A stretch of DNA of 64,000 bases from a virus: IMG/VR virus record IMGVR_UViG_3300030004_000009, positions 1 through 64,000 of that record. One strand, written 5' to 3'. This document shows positions 28,301-41,000 of this stretch, piece after piece (position 1 is the stretch's first letter; every line of letters begins with the position of its first letter). The position numbers and the translations under genes are program-made. The notes below the pieces were generated by a model that did no database searches, was not told where the DNA came from, and saw nothing but the letters and a program-made list of their open reading frames with translations.

Positions 28301-31300
28301 ATGAACGCAATGCCGGATAATGCAACACCAGTTGCAACACAAACTTCAGTACCTCAATATACACCTATACCTGCTACATCACAACCTGACTCATCTGGTT
28401 TTGACTGGATAGCTGTACAATTACAAACAGGAGGTGGAAAGAGTCCTTCAGATTTAACTTCAATGGGAGTTGATCCTGATAATACAACATTAAGTACTCC
28501 TGACTTTTATAAAAGTACTTCTAAGATACAAAAGTTATTTACTGGACAAGATGGTAAGTTTGATAATAATGCTTTTAACTCATACTATCAGAAAGCTGTA
28601 CAGTCTTATAACAACTATATACAATCAGCACCATCTGTAACTAATGCAGCTACTAATATAGTAAGTGATGACTCTATGACAAGGTATTTAGGTATGAATA
28701 TACGTAGACAACCAGTACAAGTATCACTTGTTAGTAAAGACCCTTTCACTAATCTTAAGACTGCTCAAGGTTCATTTTACGGTTTAACTGAATTTAATAA
28801 GTGGTCTGATCCAAAACTTAGTATACAACAAGTCGCTACTACTCAAAATGTAGTAGATCCTACTACAGGTAAACAACTTAATTATAAACCAGAAGATACA
28901 GGTCTTTTTAACTTATATGGTTTCTTAAGTGAACCTTTAGTCCTTGCACAGTATGATTCTGATATTCGTGATGATAAAGGAAAAATAATTCATAAGCAAG
29001 GTGAAGACAAATTAAATGCTCAAGGACTTCCATTTTATGAAACACTTAGTGGTCGCGATCCTTCAGGAAAGCAAGTGTTATCTCGTCAAGATACTTTAAC
29101 TAAAGAAGGCTCTTTCTATAGTCAATTTGACTTTATGAAAAGTAATCAGATACAAAAAGGTGCAGTTAGTTCTATTATAAAAGCAGCAGTTCAATATCTA
29201 CCAATGTTAATTCCTGGTGTGGGTGAGGCTTACTCTGCTTATGTTATTGCACAAGGTTTAGTCGATAGTGGAGCTTCAATAGCAAAGGCAGTTGACGGTA
29301 TTATTAATGGTGATTCAGCGAAACAAGATAGTTTGTATAAGTGGGCTAATACATTACAAGGTTATACTGGTCAATTAAAAGGTGGTGTGTCTCAATATGG
29401 TAAAGATACTTGGTACTCACCTGAAAACTTACTAAATCAAGCTGTTGATGCTCTTTATATTTTAAAGTCACAGAATAACTTAGTTAAATGGCCACAAGAA
29501 TTTACTAAATGGAAAATGGCTAAAGAATTAGGTGTAGCTACGGATGGTATGCTTAGTGTAGGTGATGCTGCTACAAATGCACTTGGTCTTGGCTCTGATG
29601 TTGATTTATCTGCTTATGTAGCTAAATATGGTGGTAACCCAGAGGGTGTAATGAAGTCTATACAGGCTTTACAGCAAAATCAAAACTTATTCGTTAAGTA
29701 TTCCACTTACGCTCAACACTTCTCTACTGCTTATATGGCTGCTTCAACTGCCGCTTCTATAAGTAATTTAGCTGATCAAAGAGGTATTGATGAACGTGAC
29801 AAAGGTTTCTTATATTTAGGTTATACAGCTGCTCTTATTCCATTCTTTAGTAGTGGTTTTGGTCGTTGGGTAAATAAAGCAATGGGTGGTAGTATAGAAG
29901 AAGCTAATGAAGCTGCTAAACCTGCACTTGAAAATGCACGTGATACTATTAATGAAGGATGGTCTTCATTGTCTCCTGATGATGCTGCTAAAGTAGCTGA
30001 TAATGCACTTCAAACTCAAGCCCCTGCTCTCGATGATATAACTACTAAAACTAGTAAAGTACTTGGTCAATCTACAATTAAAGAGAAAGCAATGTTTAAT
30101 CTTGCTGTTGGTAAACAGTTAGGAGATAAGGTCGTTAAGTACTTAAAAGGCCTAAATACTAATGAATTTAAAGGTGCAATAATAGCAAATGCTGTAGACA
30201 TGACTAGTCAGAAAGCAATTTCTGACGGTTTGCAAGTTGTATATAATGGATTATCATCTGCTGGTTTAACTTCAAGTCAAGAGAATAAACAATTTGACAT
30301 TAATCCAATCTCTTTTGCTAAAGATCTTATAAGTGAAGGATTTAGTGGAGCTATTGGTGGTGCTATGTTTCACTTAGCAGGTATAGCTACTGGTTCTCAT
30401 CCTGCACCTACATATAGTGCTAATAAAGTTATTGATTATGTTAATGCTGGTCATATACAAGAGTTATATGCTGCTCATGCAGATATGTTAAAGAAAGGTC
30501 AGTTTGGTAGTACTAAACTATCGATGACACCTATGACAGATGAAAATGGTGATGTAATTCCTGGTGTATTTAAACCAGTTAGTAAAGAAAACCCATTATC
30601 ACAAAATCAAGCAATAGGTGAGAAAGTTCTAGCTGGTATTAAAATGTTAGAGAGTCTAAAATCTGCTTATAATATGCAAGATCCTGATAAGACTGCTGCT
30701 GCTAAGAATGATTTTTATAATGGTATAATCGATACTAAAACCGATACTGACTTATATCTTCAACTTAATCACGCTATGAAGAATGTCTTTAAGTTAGGTA
30801 CAGATATAAGAAGTTATGATAAATTAGATAAAAACGGTGATGATGAATCTCTTATAAATAAAAAGGCAGAACTATCTTTAGCACTAAAGCAACTTAAACA
30901 TTTACAAGGTAACGATTCGATCGATGAGTTCTTTACTCAAGGTTTATTTAATATTCGTATGGACATTAATGAACCATTTGGAGTTGATAATAGAGAGACA
31001 ATAGCACAAAGAGAGGCAGGTAGACCTTATAAGCAGTTAAATTCAGTTCAACAAACTAAAGTTGATGATATGTATAAAAAGTATGTGCTTGATCCTGATA
31101 CAGGTTTAATGCCATCTTTACAGAAAGCTTATCAAGAATACAAACACTTTGATGAGAAAATGGAATCTAAAGGTTATTATCGTGAGATACAAACCTTTCG
31201 TGAGTCTGTAGAACATCTTAAGAAGTATGTAATGAAAATGCCACTTCCTTACTTTAATCAAGAACCTACAATAGGTTTAGCAAAAGTAGGAACAGAAGAA

Positions 31301-34300
31301 CAAGGTAAACAACACATTGAATCTCTTTTAACAAATGAACAAGTATTTTTAGAAGATAGTGAAACTCATGCTCTAACTCAAGATTATATGAGTAAGTTAG
31401 CAGGTGTCAAATATGTTCCTGACTATATTTACGATCATGTTAAAAAAGCAATTAGTTTAACTGCATCTCATGAAGCTAATGGAAAACTTGGTGAACTTGC
31501 TAATGGCCCTGGAATACCTGAAGGTTTAACAGAACCACAACTATTAGAACGTTTTAATAAACTTAATCAGTTTAGAATTACTGTTAATGGAGCACTTAAT
31601 AAAGATTTATCTAACGAATTAATTAAAGAGTATGTTAATAAATTAGTAGGTGATAAAAACTTTAAAGAGTTTACTGAAACACCTGAATTTAAAGATTTAC
31701 AAACTAATAAGTCACCAGAATCTAACTACAGTACTCTTAAAGTACTTAAAGACTTAGCATTTCATGCACAGAATATTGATCCTACTAAACTTAATGAACA
31801 ACGTCAAATAGCTTATCAACTTGATAAGCTTGATGAACCTAAACCTACTGGTGAGTTTGATAATGGGCCAGTTATAAATACCTTTGAACAGTATGCAGAT
31901 GGTAATATTGACAAGAATAACCCCATTATCTCTGAATTTAGTAGAATTGATGGTTTAATAGATTATATTAACACTTCTATTCAAAAAGGTTTACCTTATG
32001 AGATGTGGGAGCGTTACCTTTCAACTGAAGGCTTACAACGGTTTATTAATATAAATCATTTACAGAAAACTATTGGTCGTGATTTAACAGAAGGTGAGAG
32101 AGATAATCTCTTTACTACCTTTAATACTAATAATATTTATACTCGTCTTCTAACTGAAGGAAAATATAATCTAGGAAATTCAGACCTCAATCTACATACA
32201 ATTAATAGTATAGATGATACAAATCTACGTAGTGCTATTGATACAGTAAGAAATTTTAATCAAACTCGTATACCTTCACCATTACGTGGAGACAATGATC
32301 ATCCTGAATCTTCTAAATCTATATTGCGTGATGTTTATAAAACTTTAAATTCAGAAATAGAAAATCTTGATACTGTTGGTACATCTAATTATCTTAATGC
32401 GGATGATAGCTTTACTGAAATGTTAGATACTCAAATTAACGCTATTAAAAGAATTGGTGCTTTACTTAATGCAGCTAATACATCAAATCCTATTATAAAT
32501 GATTTTCGTGCTAACCATAGAGGTTTATTATCTGATGATCTAAGAGATAAAGTTCTTACAATTCTTGATAATGATGACCTTGGTACATTAGGTAATGAGT
32601 TAAATAGAGTTTATCGTCAAGTTAATTATCTTAAAGATCTTAATGAGTTTAATAAAAATAATACGATTGCTAGACTTTTACGTGAAGATGGTTTTGAATT
32701 ATCAGCTAAAGTACAATCATTAAATGATTTAGCTCAAGATCCTGATATTTTAAAATTAATTCCATCATTAGGCGCTTTACAGGCAGATCAGGATATTAAT
32801 AACTTTGTTAGTTCCTATAAAAGTGCTTCTGATGATTCTAAGTTAACAGCTCTTTCTAAATTCGCTAAAATTGAAGAGAATATCTATCAAGATGTTCAAA
32901 ACCTAACTGATGATGATAAGAAAGTATTAGTAAATAAGAGTTTTAGACCAATAAATTCATCTGCAAAAGATTTCTATGATAATATAAGTGGTGATGAACC
33001 ACTAAATGATAGTCATAGAACTATATATCTTGCTACTATTTTTGGTTCATCAACTATTAACTTTTATGCTAATTATGCAGGTAAATATGATAGTGATGCA
33101 GAGGCTTTTACAAATTTAAATAAAACCCCTTATATACCATTTGCTAAACAAGAAAGTGCGGTACGTGTTGCTAATTTAGTTATTAATGGTGATCCAACTA
33201 TTATTAGAATGTTCTTAAATGCTTATAGTTATGATGGAAGTACTGATATAGTTAGTGATTTTAGTAGTCCAAAGGATGGTAATACTTCTTTTGATAGTAG
33301 TAATCTAGTAGCAATCTTAGGTTCATCTGGTACAGGTAAGACTACAGCAGTTCTATATAGTATTATGAATATGATACCTGATGAAGATAGTAATGTTATG
33401 CTCTTAACACCAAAGAATAGACAATTTAATACATTAAGAGGCACACTTATTAATGGTGGTTATGAAAAACGTTTAGATGATCGTAGTAGCACAGTTAGAG
33501 AATTTATTAACAATCTTAACCTTAAATATAAGGATGGTAGTAAGTATGATGTTACTAAGAATGATGAAATACTTAATGGTGTAGATATAGATAAAAAAGA
33601 AACTGGTAATGCAAAGATTGATTTCTATACTAAGTTTGATACACAAGTATTTGATAAACTTGACCTTTATGATAATAAAAAGTTAAAATCTGAAATAGCA
33701 AATTTATTTTCAAAAACAAGATTGTTTGCAACTGATGAGTTTACACACTTAAATCCTATTGATTTATGTTTAATTACTAACTTAATTAATGATTACAATA
33801 AGACTGATATAGTTTTACAAGACCCTTCTAAACGTAGTTCTATAGTAGTACTTGGTGATGCAAATCAAATGGGTTTTTTAAAGGATGATGGCACTAGACG
33901 TGATTACACTAATGTAGCTACAACTATAATATCACAACCTCTTTTAACTTCATTACGTTCAGGATGGGATTTAATCAATAACACACTTGTTGATTTACAA
34001 CGTAGGACTATGGAGGTTAAAGAAATATCAGGAGTTGACCCAGCTGCTCTTACAACATCTGAAATAATACAAAAATATCGTGACCAACATCTTCAGTTAT
34101 TTAATTATCAAGGTGTTGACGGAAATATTGGTATGAAAAGTATTAAAGTTGATGGTAATCTTAAAGCATCTGATCTTAGCTTTATAACTGATAATAAAAG
34201 CAAAACATTTAAGGATAAAGATGGTAATGATATACCAGTTAAAGGAAAAGATATTGTCTATATTATAAATTCAGATATAGATATACCTAGAGCTCAAGCT

Positions 34301-37300
34301 TTATTACGTGAAGCATTAGGTGCTAATTGGGAAGGTCTTGCTGATATTGAGATTTATAAGCCAGAAGAAGTTCAAGGTGGAGAATATAAGTATACTATTA
34401 TAGACGCTAAGCCTAGACTTACACCAAATGATCCTAAAAGTAACGATTATGATTATAGTTTAGTTCGTGTACATGAATTTTTAAATACAATGTTATCACG
34501 TGCTACAGAAGCTACACTACTTATTGAAGATCCTTCTATAACTAACTATATAGGTTTAGATAATGTAGCTAAAGGAAAAGCTACTAATCAAAAGAAAATA
34601 ACTGATCAAGTTATAGCACAAGTTAAGAAGAATAAACAAATAGTTCTTGCAGCTATTCTTGGTGAAGATTATGTTCCACAAGGAGCTAAACCTGGTTCTA
34701 AAATTGATACAAGTGCTGTTCCACCTCCTAAACCTATAGCTGATCTTTATAGTAATTCTTTTCCTATAGAACTAACTCAAGACCCTCTTAATCCTAAAAG
34801 TCCTGCTGCTAAAATAAATACTGGTATAGATTTAGAGAACAAAATTAATAAAGCGAAAGTTAAGGATATAGTGGCTTATACTACATATTCTACTAAAGCA
34901 GACTTTGACCTTATAAGTAGTATACCAAGTGTTGCCGACGATATAGATACTTTAAAAACAGAAGATATGAAAAAGAGTCATATAGAAAATATAATACAGT
35001 CACTTAAATATTATATAGTTAAAGGCCCTATAATAAGTGAGAATAACGTTGCGCTTAAAGCTAATTTTGAACAGTATTTAAAGCAATATGACTATAATAG
35101 TCCTATATTTTATATAGAAGCTGCTAAAAAGGAAGGTACTAATGTTCAGTATGGTAGAAGTGAAGACTATTGGCAAGATCCTAAGCCAGATCAATTCTTA
35201 TTTTCTTTACGTGTTAAACTACCATCTAAAACTGGTGAACAACCACTTGACATAACTCTAGGTTTACTTAATAGTTTTACAAATCTTGAAAATAAGTTTA
35301 AAGCAGCTCAAAATAATGAATCTAAAGTACCACTTACTAAAGATGACACAGATGTTAACACATTTATAAAACACGTTCGTACTTGGTTAATAAGTGGTGA
35401 TAGAAATAGTAGCAAACAAGGTGTATGGGAAGAGGGGAAGTGGAGATCACGTGATCTATCTGCTAGAGAATGGCGTAGTATATCTGAAACTTGGGATGGC
35501 CGTTATAATGTTAATGATCCCAAAACACCTCCTGTATATCCAACTCTAAAAGATTTAAAAGCTAAATACCCAGATTATCACATAAGTGAACCACAAGTTA
35601 TAGTTTCTTTATTTAAAGACGAGAATGGTAAACTAATAGTTGATGATGCTGGTGATCCTATACAAGACTTTCGTGGTAAGAGTGTAGTATTCATGTCAGA
35701 ATATAAAGAACTTCAAAAGGTTAAGAATGATGATCTTTTAAATATCTATTTAAAACAACTTAAACTTTTTGGTACTAAAGACTTCTTATCACTTGATAAA
35801 GATGGTAAAGAAGCCTATATAAAAAGTAAACCTGATAGAATACAAGTAGATGGACAGTTTACACTTCCATATAAACCAAATATGGTACAAATGATACGTC
35901 TTGATACACCACGTGACTCTTTCTTAGGGTTTAGACAAAAGTTTCTTGCGGCTATTCATGATCAAGAATCAGGTGGTAATGTGTTTGATTTATTTGAGAA
36001 ATTTGACATGAGCCCTTACGTTAAAGATAGATTGGCTAAATCTCTCTTAACTATTAAACAATTTATAGAATCAACACCTGATAATAAACAATGGTTTAAA
36101 GAGGAAGTTTTAGATGAAGTTAATAAGACTTTAGACACAAAAATTGAAGAACTAAGAACTCATGTTTTAAATACTTATGGTGAAACTGGAGATGCTTTTC
36201 AAGATAATGATTCCTTTAAAACTTTAATGCTCGATCCTCTTAAACCTTTTAAAAGAGGTGTAGATGAGTTCTCAGAGTATTTAAATGATCTTCTTGATCT
36301 TAACGATCCTCATACTATATTTAGACGTAAGTTTGATACTGATATTAATAAAATAAATAGTGCTCACGTACCTGATAAGAAGAATAGTAATCCAGTACAA
36401 GCTAGTGATTTACAAATAACCTTAACTCCAGATAAACGTGTAGATTTTAACCAGTCTATACTAGATTTAAATTTATTAAATTTGTTTAATAAGACAAAAA
36501 ACCTTAACTTTGCAGCAGCGATTGATAAAGCTCTAATAGAATTTACAAAATTTCCACAAGGAGAGACAAGATTTGATAACTATCGTTTAGATAAGGTTCT
36601 TAAGGATGGACAGTTAGAAAATCTTGTTATAGCATCACGTGCAGCACTTAAAGGTTATCAAATATCTAATATGTTAGCAGATGTTAAGTCTACAGGACAT
36701 GAGTTTATAGTTCCATTTAGGGGTATTCAACAAGCAGCTTATAATATAGATTTTGCTAAACTCCTATCTCTACATGACTCTGAGAATTTACCTATTACAG
36801 AATCTGAAGTTAGTGCACTACATATTAATACAAATCAAAGGTTACAATTATTTGATGAATTAGGAGATAAATGGTTAACAAGTAAATTTGGTGATTTTAA
36901 CAATGATTTAAGAAAATTAACTAATACTAATGATCAATATAACTTCTTACAAGGCATAAATGATAAAATTGATAGTTTAAATGAAATAGAAAGAGTTGTA
37001 CCATCTAATGAAATATTATCTCCAGGTACAAAAACAACTTATCAAGTATCACCTAATGGCATAGTAGCTATCGATACAGTTGAAAGTGAAGTAAAGAGAG
37101 GTTTAATAGAACAACAAGATGAATTTAGTAAGTTAACTCACGATCAAATTACACTTGAAAATGTAAGTTTTAATAAAAATAAAGCTGTATTTAAAGCTAA
37201 AGTTGGTGATAGTGAATTTAAAGTAACTTATGATGCTAAAACTGGTAATATTGATCCTCAACGTTTAGATACTGAAACATGGCAAGAGAAACTACAAAGA

Positions 37301-38059
37301 TTCTTTCCTGATTTAAAAACTTCAGCAGAAATTAATCAGGCAACTACAGATATTTTAAGTAAAGTAGTTAAAGACACATCTGAACAGGTGAATCCTTCCA
37401 AGTTACTTACAATAGATAGTATGAAAGACGAATTAGGTCATAGGTTATACAATTTATTAACTCCTGAACAAACACAAGTTTTATTACCTGATACTAAAAC
37501 TACTGATAAAGACTATTACTCTAATTTAATGGACTCTTATGTAGATAATTTTGTAAAAGACGGTAAAAATTGGTATACAAAGGTAAGTGATATGGCTAAG
37601 ACAGTTATGGATAATAATCGTGATAGTGCTTTAGGTCTTGATACAGAAGAACCAGATCCTATAGAAGCTGAAGTTAAAGAAGAATCTAAAGTTGATAAAC
37701 TTAATTTGTTAAAGAAAGATGTTAATAGTGCTGATAATAAAGCTATAGAAGAGTTCAAATTAGAAGCTGGAAAACTATTTAACAATATCCCTAAGGAACA
37801 ACAGACAACACTTAGAGATTGGATTAAGAACTATCAATTGCGTCATAGATTAGCTATAGCTAATAAAATAGTAACTGGTCGTGAATTTTCATTAGAGCAG
37901 TTAGATTTAAAGAAAGATTTTACTAAATTTACTGATAAACAGCTATCTGATGAATTTCAAGATAAGATAGAACAAGATCCTGATTTATATGAGCAATATA
38001 GAGTTGCTTTTAATAAATTAACTAAATATAGAGTGGAAAAATCATCAAATAATTGTTAA
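28301..38059 (+). CDS. giant ejection protein with an SF1 (RecD/Dda-like) helicase domain
   Basis: 3252 aa. GSSGTGKTT (about 33320), ATDEFTH, LGDANQ, VQGGEY, TMLSRA (about 34490). N-terminal hydrophobic segments. C-terminal Cys. Confidence 0.8.
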   Translation: MNAMPDNATPVATQTSVPQYTPIPATSQPDSSGFDWIAVQLQTGGGKSPSDLTSMGVDPDNTTLSTPDFYKSTSKIQKLFTGQDGKFDNNAFNSYYQKAVQSYNNYIQSAPSVTNAATNIVSDDSMTRYLGMNIRRQPVQVSLVSKDPFTNLKTAQGSFYGLTEFNKWSDPKLSIQQVATTQNVVDPTTGKQLNYKPEDTGLFNLYGFLSEPLVLAQYDSDIRDDKGKIIHKQGEDKLNAQGLPFYETLSGRDPSGKQVLSRQDTLTKEGSFYSQFDFMKSNQIQKGAVSSIIKAAVQYLPMLIPGVGEAYSAYVIAQGLVDSGASIAKAVDGIINGDSAKQDSLYKWANTLQGYTGQLKGGVSQYGKDTWYSPENLLNQAVDALYILKSQNNLVKWPQEFTKWKMAKELGVATDGMLSVGDAATNALGLGSDVDLSAYVAKYGGNPEGVMKSIQALQQNQNLFVKYSTYAQHFSTAYMAASTAASISNLADQRGIDERDKGFLYLGYTAALIPFFSSGFGRWVNKAMGGSIEEANEAAKPALENARDTINEGWSSLSPDDAAKVADNALQTQAPALDDITTKTSKVLGQSTIKEKAMFNLAVGKQLGDKVVKYLKGLNTNEFKGAIIANAVDMTSQKAISDGLQVVYNGLSSAGLTSSQENKQFDINPISFAKDLISEGFSGAIGGAMFHLAGIATGSHPAPTYSANKVIDYVNAGHIQELYAAHADMLKKGQFGSTKLSMTPMTDENGDVIPGVFKPVSKENPLSQNQAIGEKVLAGIKMLESLKSAYNMQDPDKTAAAKNDFYNGIIDTKTDTDLYLQLNHAMKNVFKLGTDIRSYDKLDKNGDDESLINKKAELSLALKQLKHLQGNDSIDEFFTQGLFNIRMDINEPFGVDNRETIAQREAGRPYKQLNSVQQTKVDDMYKKYVLDPDTGLMPSLQKAYQEYKHFDEKMESKGYYREIQTFRESVEHLKKYVMKMPLPYFNQEPTIGLAKVGTEEQGKQHIESLLTNEQVFLEDSETHALTQDYMSKLAGVKYVPDYIYDHVKKAISLTASHEANGKLGELANGPGIPEGLTEPQLLERFNKLNQFRITVNGALNKDLSNELIKEYVNKLVGDKNFKEFTETPEFKDLQTNKSPESNYSTLKVLKDLAFHAQNIDPTKLNEQRQIAYQLDKLDEPKPTGEFDNGPVINTFEQYADGNIDKNNPIISEFSRIDGLIDYINTSIQKGLPYEMWERYLSTEGLQRFININHLQKTIGRDLTEGERDNLFTTFNTNNIYTRLLTEGKYNLGNSDLNLHTINSIDDTNLRSAIDTVRNFNQTRIPSPLRGDNDHPESSKSILRDVYKTLNSEIENLDTVGTSNYLNADDSFTEMLDTQINAIKRIGALLNAANTSNPIINDFRANHRGLLSDDLRDKVLTILDNDDLGTLGNELNRVYRQVNYLKDLNEFNKNNTIARLLREDGFELSAKVQSLNDLAQDPDILKLIPSLGALQADQDINNFVSSYKSASDDSKLTALSKFAKIEENIYQDVQNLTDDDKKVLVNKSFRPINSSAKDFYDNISGDEPLNDSHRTIYLATIFGSSTINFYANYAGKYDSDAEAFTNLNKTPYIPFAKQESAVRVANLVINGDPTIIRMFLNAYSYDGSTDIVSDFSSPKDGNTSFDSSNLVAILGSSGTGKTTAVLYSIMNMIPDEDSNVMLLTPKNRQFNTLRGTLINGGYEKRLDDRSSTVREFINNLNLKYKDGSKYDVTKNDEILNGVDIDKKETGNAKIDFYTKFDTQVFDKLDLYDNKKLKSEIANLFSKTRLFATDEFTHLNPIDLCLITNLINDYNKTDIVLQDPSKRSSIVVLGDANQMGFLKDDGTRRDYTNVATTIISQPLLTSLRSGWDLINNTLVDLQRRTMEVKEISGVDPAALTTSEIIQKYRDQHLQLFNYQGVDGNIGMKSIKVDGNLKASDLSFITDNKSKTFKDKDGNDIPVKGKDIVYIINSDIDIPRAQALLREALGANWEGLADIEIYKPEEVQGGEYKYTIIDAKPRLTPNDPKSNDYDYSLVRVHEFLNTMLSRATEATLLIEDPSITNYIGLDNVAKGKATNQKKITDQVIAQVKKNKQIVLAAILGEDYVPQGAKPGSKIDTSAVPPPKPIADLYSNSFPIELTQDPLNPKSPAAKINTGIDLENKINKAKVKDIVAYTTYSTKADFDLISSIPSVADDIDTLKTEDMKKSHIENIIQSLKYYIVKGPIISENNVALKANFEQYLKQYDYNSPIFYIEAAKKEGTNVQYGRSEDYWQDPKPDQFLFSLRVKLPSKTGEQPLDITLGLLNSFTNLENKFKAAQNNESKVPLTKDDTDVNTFIKHVRTWLISGDRNSSKQGVWEEGKWRSRDLSAREWRSISETWDGRYNVNDPKTPPVYPTLKDLKAKYPDYHISEPQVIVSLFKDENGKLIVDDAGDPIQDFRGKSVVFMSEYKELQKVKNDDLLNIYLKQLKLFGTKDFLSLDKDGKEAYIKSKPDRIQVDGQFTLPYKPNMVQMIRLDTPRDSFLGFRQKFLAAIHDQESGGNVFDLFEKFDMSPYVKDRLAKSLLTIKQFIESTPDNKQWFKEEVLDEVNKTLDTKIEELRTHVLNTYGETGDAFQDNDSFKTLMLDPLKPFKRGVDEFSEYLNDLLDLNDPHTIFRRKFDTDINKINSAHVPDKKNSNPVQASDLQITLTPDKRVDFNQSILDLNLLNLFNKTKNLNFAAAIDKALIEFTKFPQGETRFDNYRLDKVLKDGQLENLVIASRAALKGYQISNMLADVKSTGHEFIVPFRGIQQAAYNIDFAKLLSLHDSENLPITESEVSALHINTNQRLQLFDELGDKWLTSKFGDFNNDLRKLTNTNDQYNFLQGINDKIDSLNEIERVVPSNEILSPGTKTTYQVSPNGIVAIDTVESEVKRGLIEQQDEFSKLTHDQITLENVSFNKNKAVFKAKVGDSEFKVTYDAKTGNIDPQRLDTETWQEKLQRFFPDLKTSAEINQATTDILSKVVKDTSEQVNPSKLLTIDSMKDELGHRLYNLLTPEQTQVLLPDTKTTDKDYYSNLMDSYVDNFVKDGKNWYTKVSDMAKTVMDNNRDSALGLDTEEPDPIEAEVKEESKVDKLNLLKKDVNSADNKAIEEFKLEAGKLFNNIPKEQQTTLRDWIKNYQLRHRLAIANKIVTGREFSLEQLDLKKDFTKFTDKQLSDEFQDKIEQDPDLYEQYRVAFNKLTKYRVEKSSNNC

Positions 38060-41000
38060 ATGGCTAGATGTCTAACTAATTTAAACGAAGAAACAAACCA
38101 AGGAGTACTTAATGATTTACTACGTGGTAGTGACTTTGCGAGTAATTTAAGAAATTATTATAGAGGTAATCTAGATCAATTACCGACTATAGACTCTTTA
38201 GTTAAAGAACTTAATGAAGATATATTACCTGCAATTATAGAAGGTAAACTTAACAAAGATTATGATTATAGTGACATAAAAGAAACTATAAATAATGAGT
38301 TAAACAGTGAAGCGATAAATCTAGCAATTGCACAATTAAAAGGTAATATGCGTAAATTTAACCTTACTGTTAGACCTATACTTCCTAAATTTGATATAGT
38401 AAGTTTACTTTTAGCAGATATAGATAAAAAAGAACAAGGTGATGTTGCTTCTACTACTCAAAAAGTAGTAGAAGCTTCTAAACTTAATGATGCAACTCCT
38501 TTAGATATAGCTACTGACACAAGTCTTAGTGAATATATACATGAGAATAATTATCAAAACTTAAAAGCTTATCGTTTAGATAGGTTTAAGGGTTCTTCAA
38601 GTATGGAGAAGATAACAGTTTCTAAGTTTATTACTAAAGGATTAATTGAAACAGCCTTTATAGATGTTAATAATAGAGTATTAGTAAATCAACTACAAGG
38701 TCCAGCTAAAGAAGGATATACAAATGATGTAGATACAAATATAAAAAACTATCGTATTAGTTTATTTAAAGACCTTATAGGTAGACTTGGTATTGAGGAA
38801 ACTGTTAAAGGTGAAACAGTCCCTCTTATTTATCGTGATGATCTTCTTAAGAAAGCTAACTTTGATAAAACTCTTAAAGATATAGCTAATAGAGCCACTA
38901 TTATAAAATATAATGGAGAACAACGATCACTCACTGAACCTAACCTACTATCTGAAATAACAGAGAAATTTAAAGATACATTAGATTCAAATCTTAAAGA
39001 AATTATTGATAACTTTAGTGATTATGTAATACTTAGTGATTTTAATAAACTCTTTAATTATTATGGAGAAGGTACTATTTCAGTTAATAAATTTAATCCT
39101 GACTTTGATCCTATCTTACGTAAGTATGAAACTAAAGACGCATTATCTGTTGATGCGTTTAATGTCTCGTGGGATGAAAAGATTCAGAATGGAGTAGAGC
39201 TATCTTCACCTTTTTATAAAACTGTAATTAATAACACAGCTATCTTAAATTATAACACAGGTGATGAAACTGGTAAATATCTTTACCCTACACTTGTAAC
39301 TTCTATCATGGCTCCTTATTTCAATCAAATTGATAGAAATGATGTAACTAATTCACTTAGACAGTTAATAATGGATAGGATTGGAGCACAAGGTATAGGT
39401 TATACTGAAAAAAATACATTATATACATTATATAAAAAGTTTTTTGAACGTGAAGGAGATGTACTTAATACTCCAGCTAAGAATGATAATACCACTGTCG
39501 CTTCATTTTACGAGACTATAAAAGACAATAGAGATCAAACTCTAATGCAACTTATAACTAAACCTATAAGTGAAATGTCTCCAAATAGAATAGCTGAAGC
39601 AGTTGAAGCTCCTAATGGTGATATAAGATTAAAAACAGCTGAGGCAAATAATAAAAGCAGTGTAGGTTTTACTAGTACTCGTTTCATTAATGATCATATT
39701 AATATGAGCAATGAAGATTTACAAAACTTCTTAAAGAAGTGGAATATATCTTTTATAAATGAAAAGGGTAAACCATCTACAGTTAACTACACAGGACAAA
39801 ATGGTATAGATTACGTATTAAAGAATACTAATAATCAAATAGTAGATATTGATACTATTCAACAACTATCTCAAGACTTATTTGGTTTTGATTATAAGAA
39901 TGACAAACGTCATGCTGAATTTTGGCAGGAAGTTCAATCTCTTAGTAGAAATGATGAACCTGTAGCATCTCCTTTTCTAACTTATATTAAAGATGCTTTA
40001 GATATAGTACAAGCTAAATCTAAATTAAATGATCCTGAATTTCAAACCTTTCTTCGTACTGAACAAGAAAAACAACGTAAAAAAGGTGGTGACATAGAGA
40101 CAAACTATAAACCAATTAATGATGCTATAAAAAAGGAAGGTGCTAAGTTCCCATTTAGTGATCCTTCAAACTATAAATTTGAACTTAATAATATCAATGC
40201 TACAGATATAGGTAAATTAATAGTTACAGCAGAAAATAATGCAACAGGTAACCAACGTAAATCAGTTGTTTCTACAGTTGATGGTACTTCATCTGCTGCA
40301 TTTACTAATTATACATATGCTGCTGCATTACAACAAAATTTTACTGCTCATAGAAGAACATTAAACTCTGCAATACGACCTGACATTGATAAATCACCAT
40401 TACATAATAATATTATTCTTAATGATGCTAACTTCTTAAAAGGTTTTCCTCTTAGAGGAGCAACTAAAGTAGGTGCTACTGTAAAGCCAGTAGGAAGTCA
40501 AACTCCACTTGAAACTTTACATTATGATATAAACTTAGGTTATTTAAGCATGTTACAACAAGGTATAGATGGTGGTCATATTCGTCCAACTTTTAATTTA
40601 TTCGTACCTGCTGATAAGAGTAATCAACCACTAGCTGAATTTGGCAATGAAGTTTTAATACCTTCACAAGGTAGAGTTAAACTTTTTGTTGATGATAATA
40701 ATCGTGCTCCATCATATGAACAGTCAATGGACTTATTATATAAGACTAATGGACAGTATTATAGAGCACAAGGACAAAGTATCCTTGATACTTGGGAACA
40801 AGTTTATCGTGTTTCAGGTCATGGTTCTGTATTTGAAAGTAATATAAAATCAAAAGGTAGTATTAGTAAACAACTTATCGCTCTTAATGACTTTCATAAA
40901 GATGGTTTTTGGAAAACAGGAACCTTTGAACATGGGCTTAAAGATCTAAATGCAGCTAGATTTTATGCTAATAAAGCAGGAGTTGTACTCACCAACTGGG

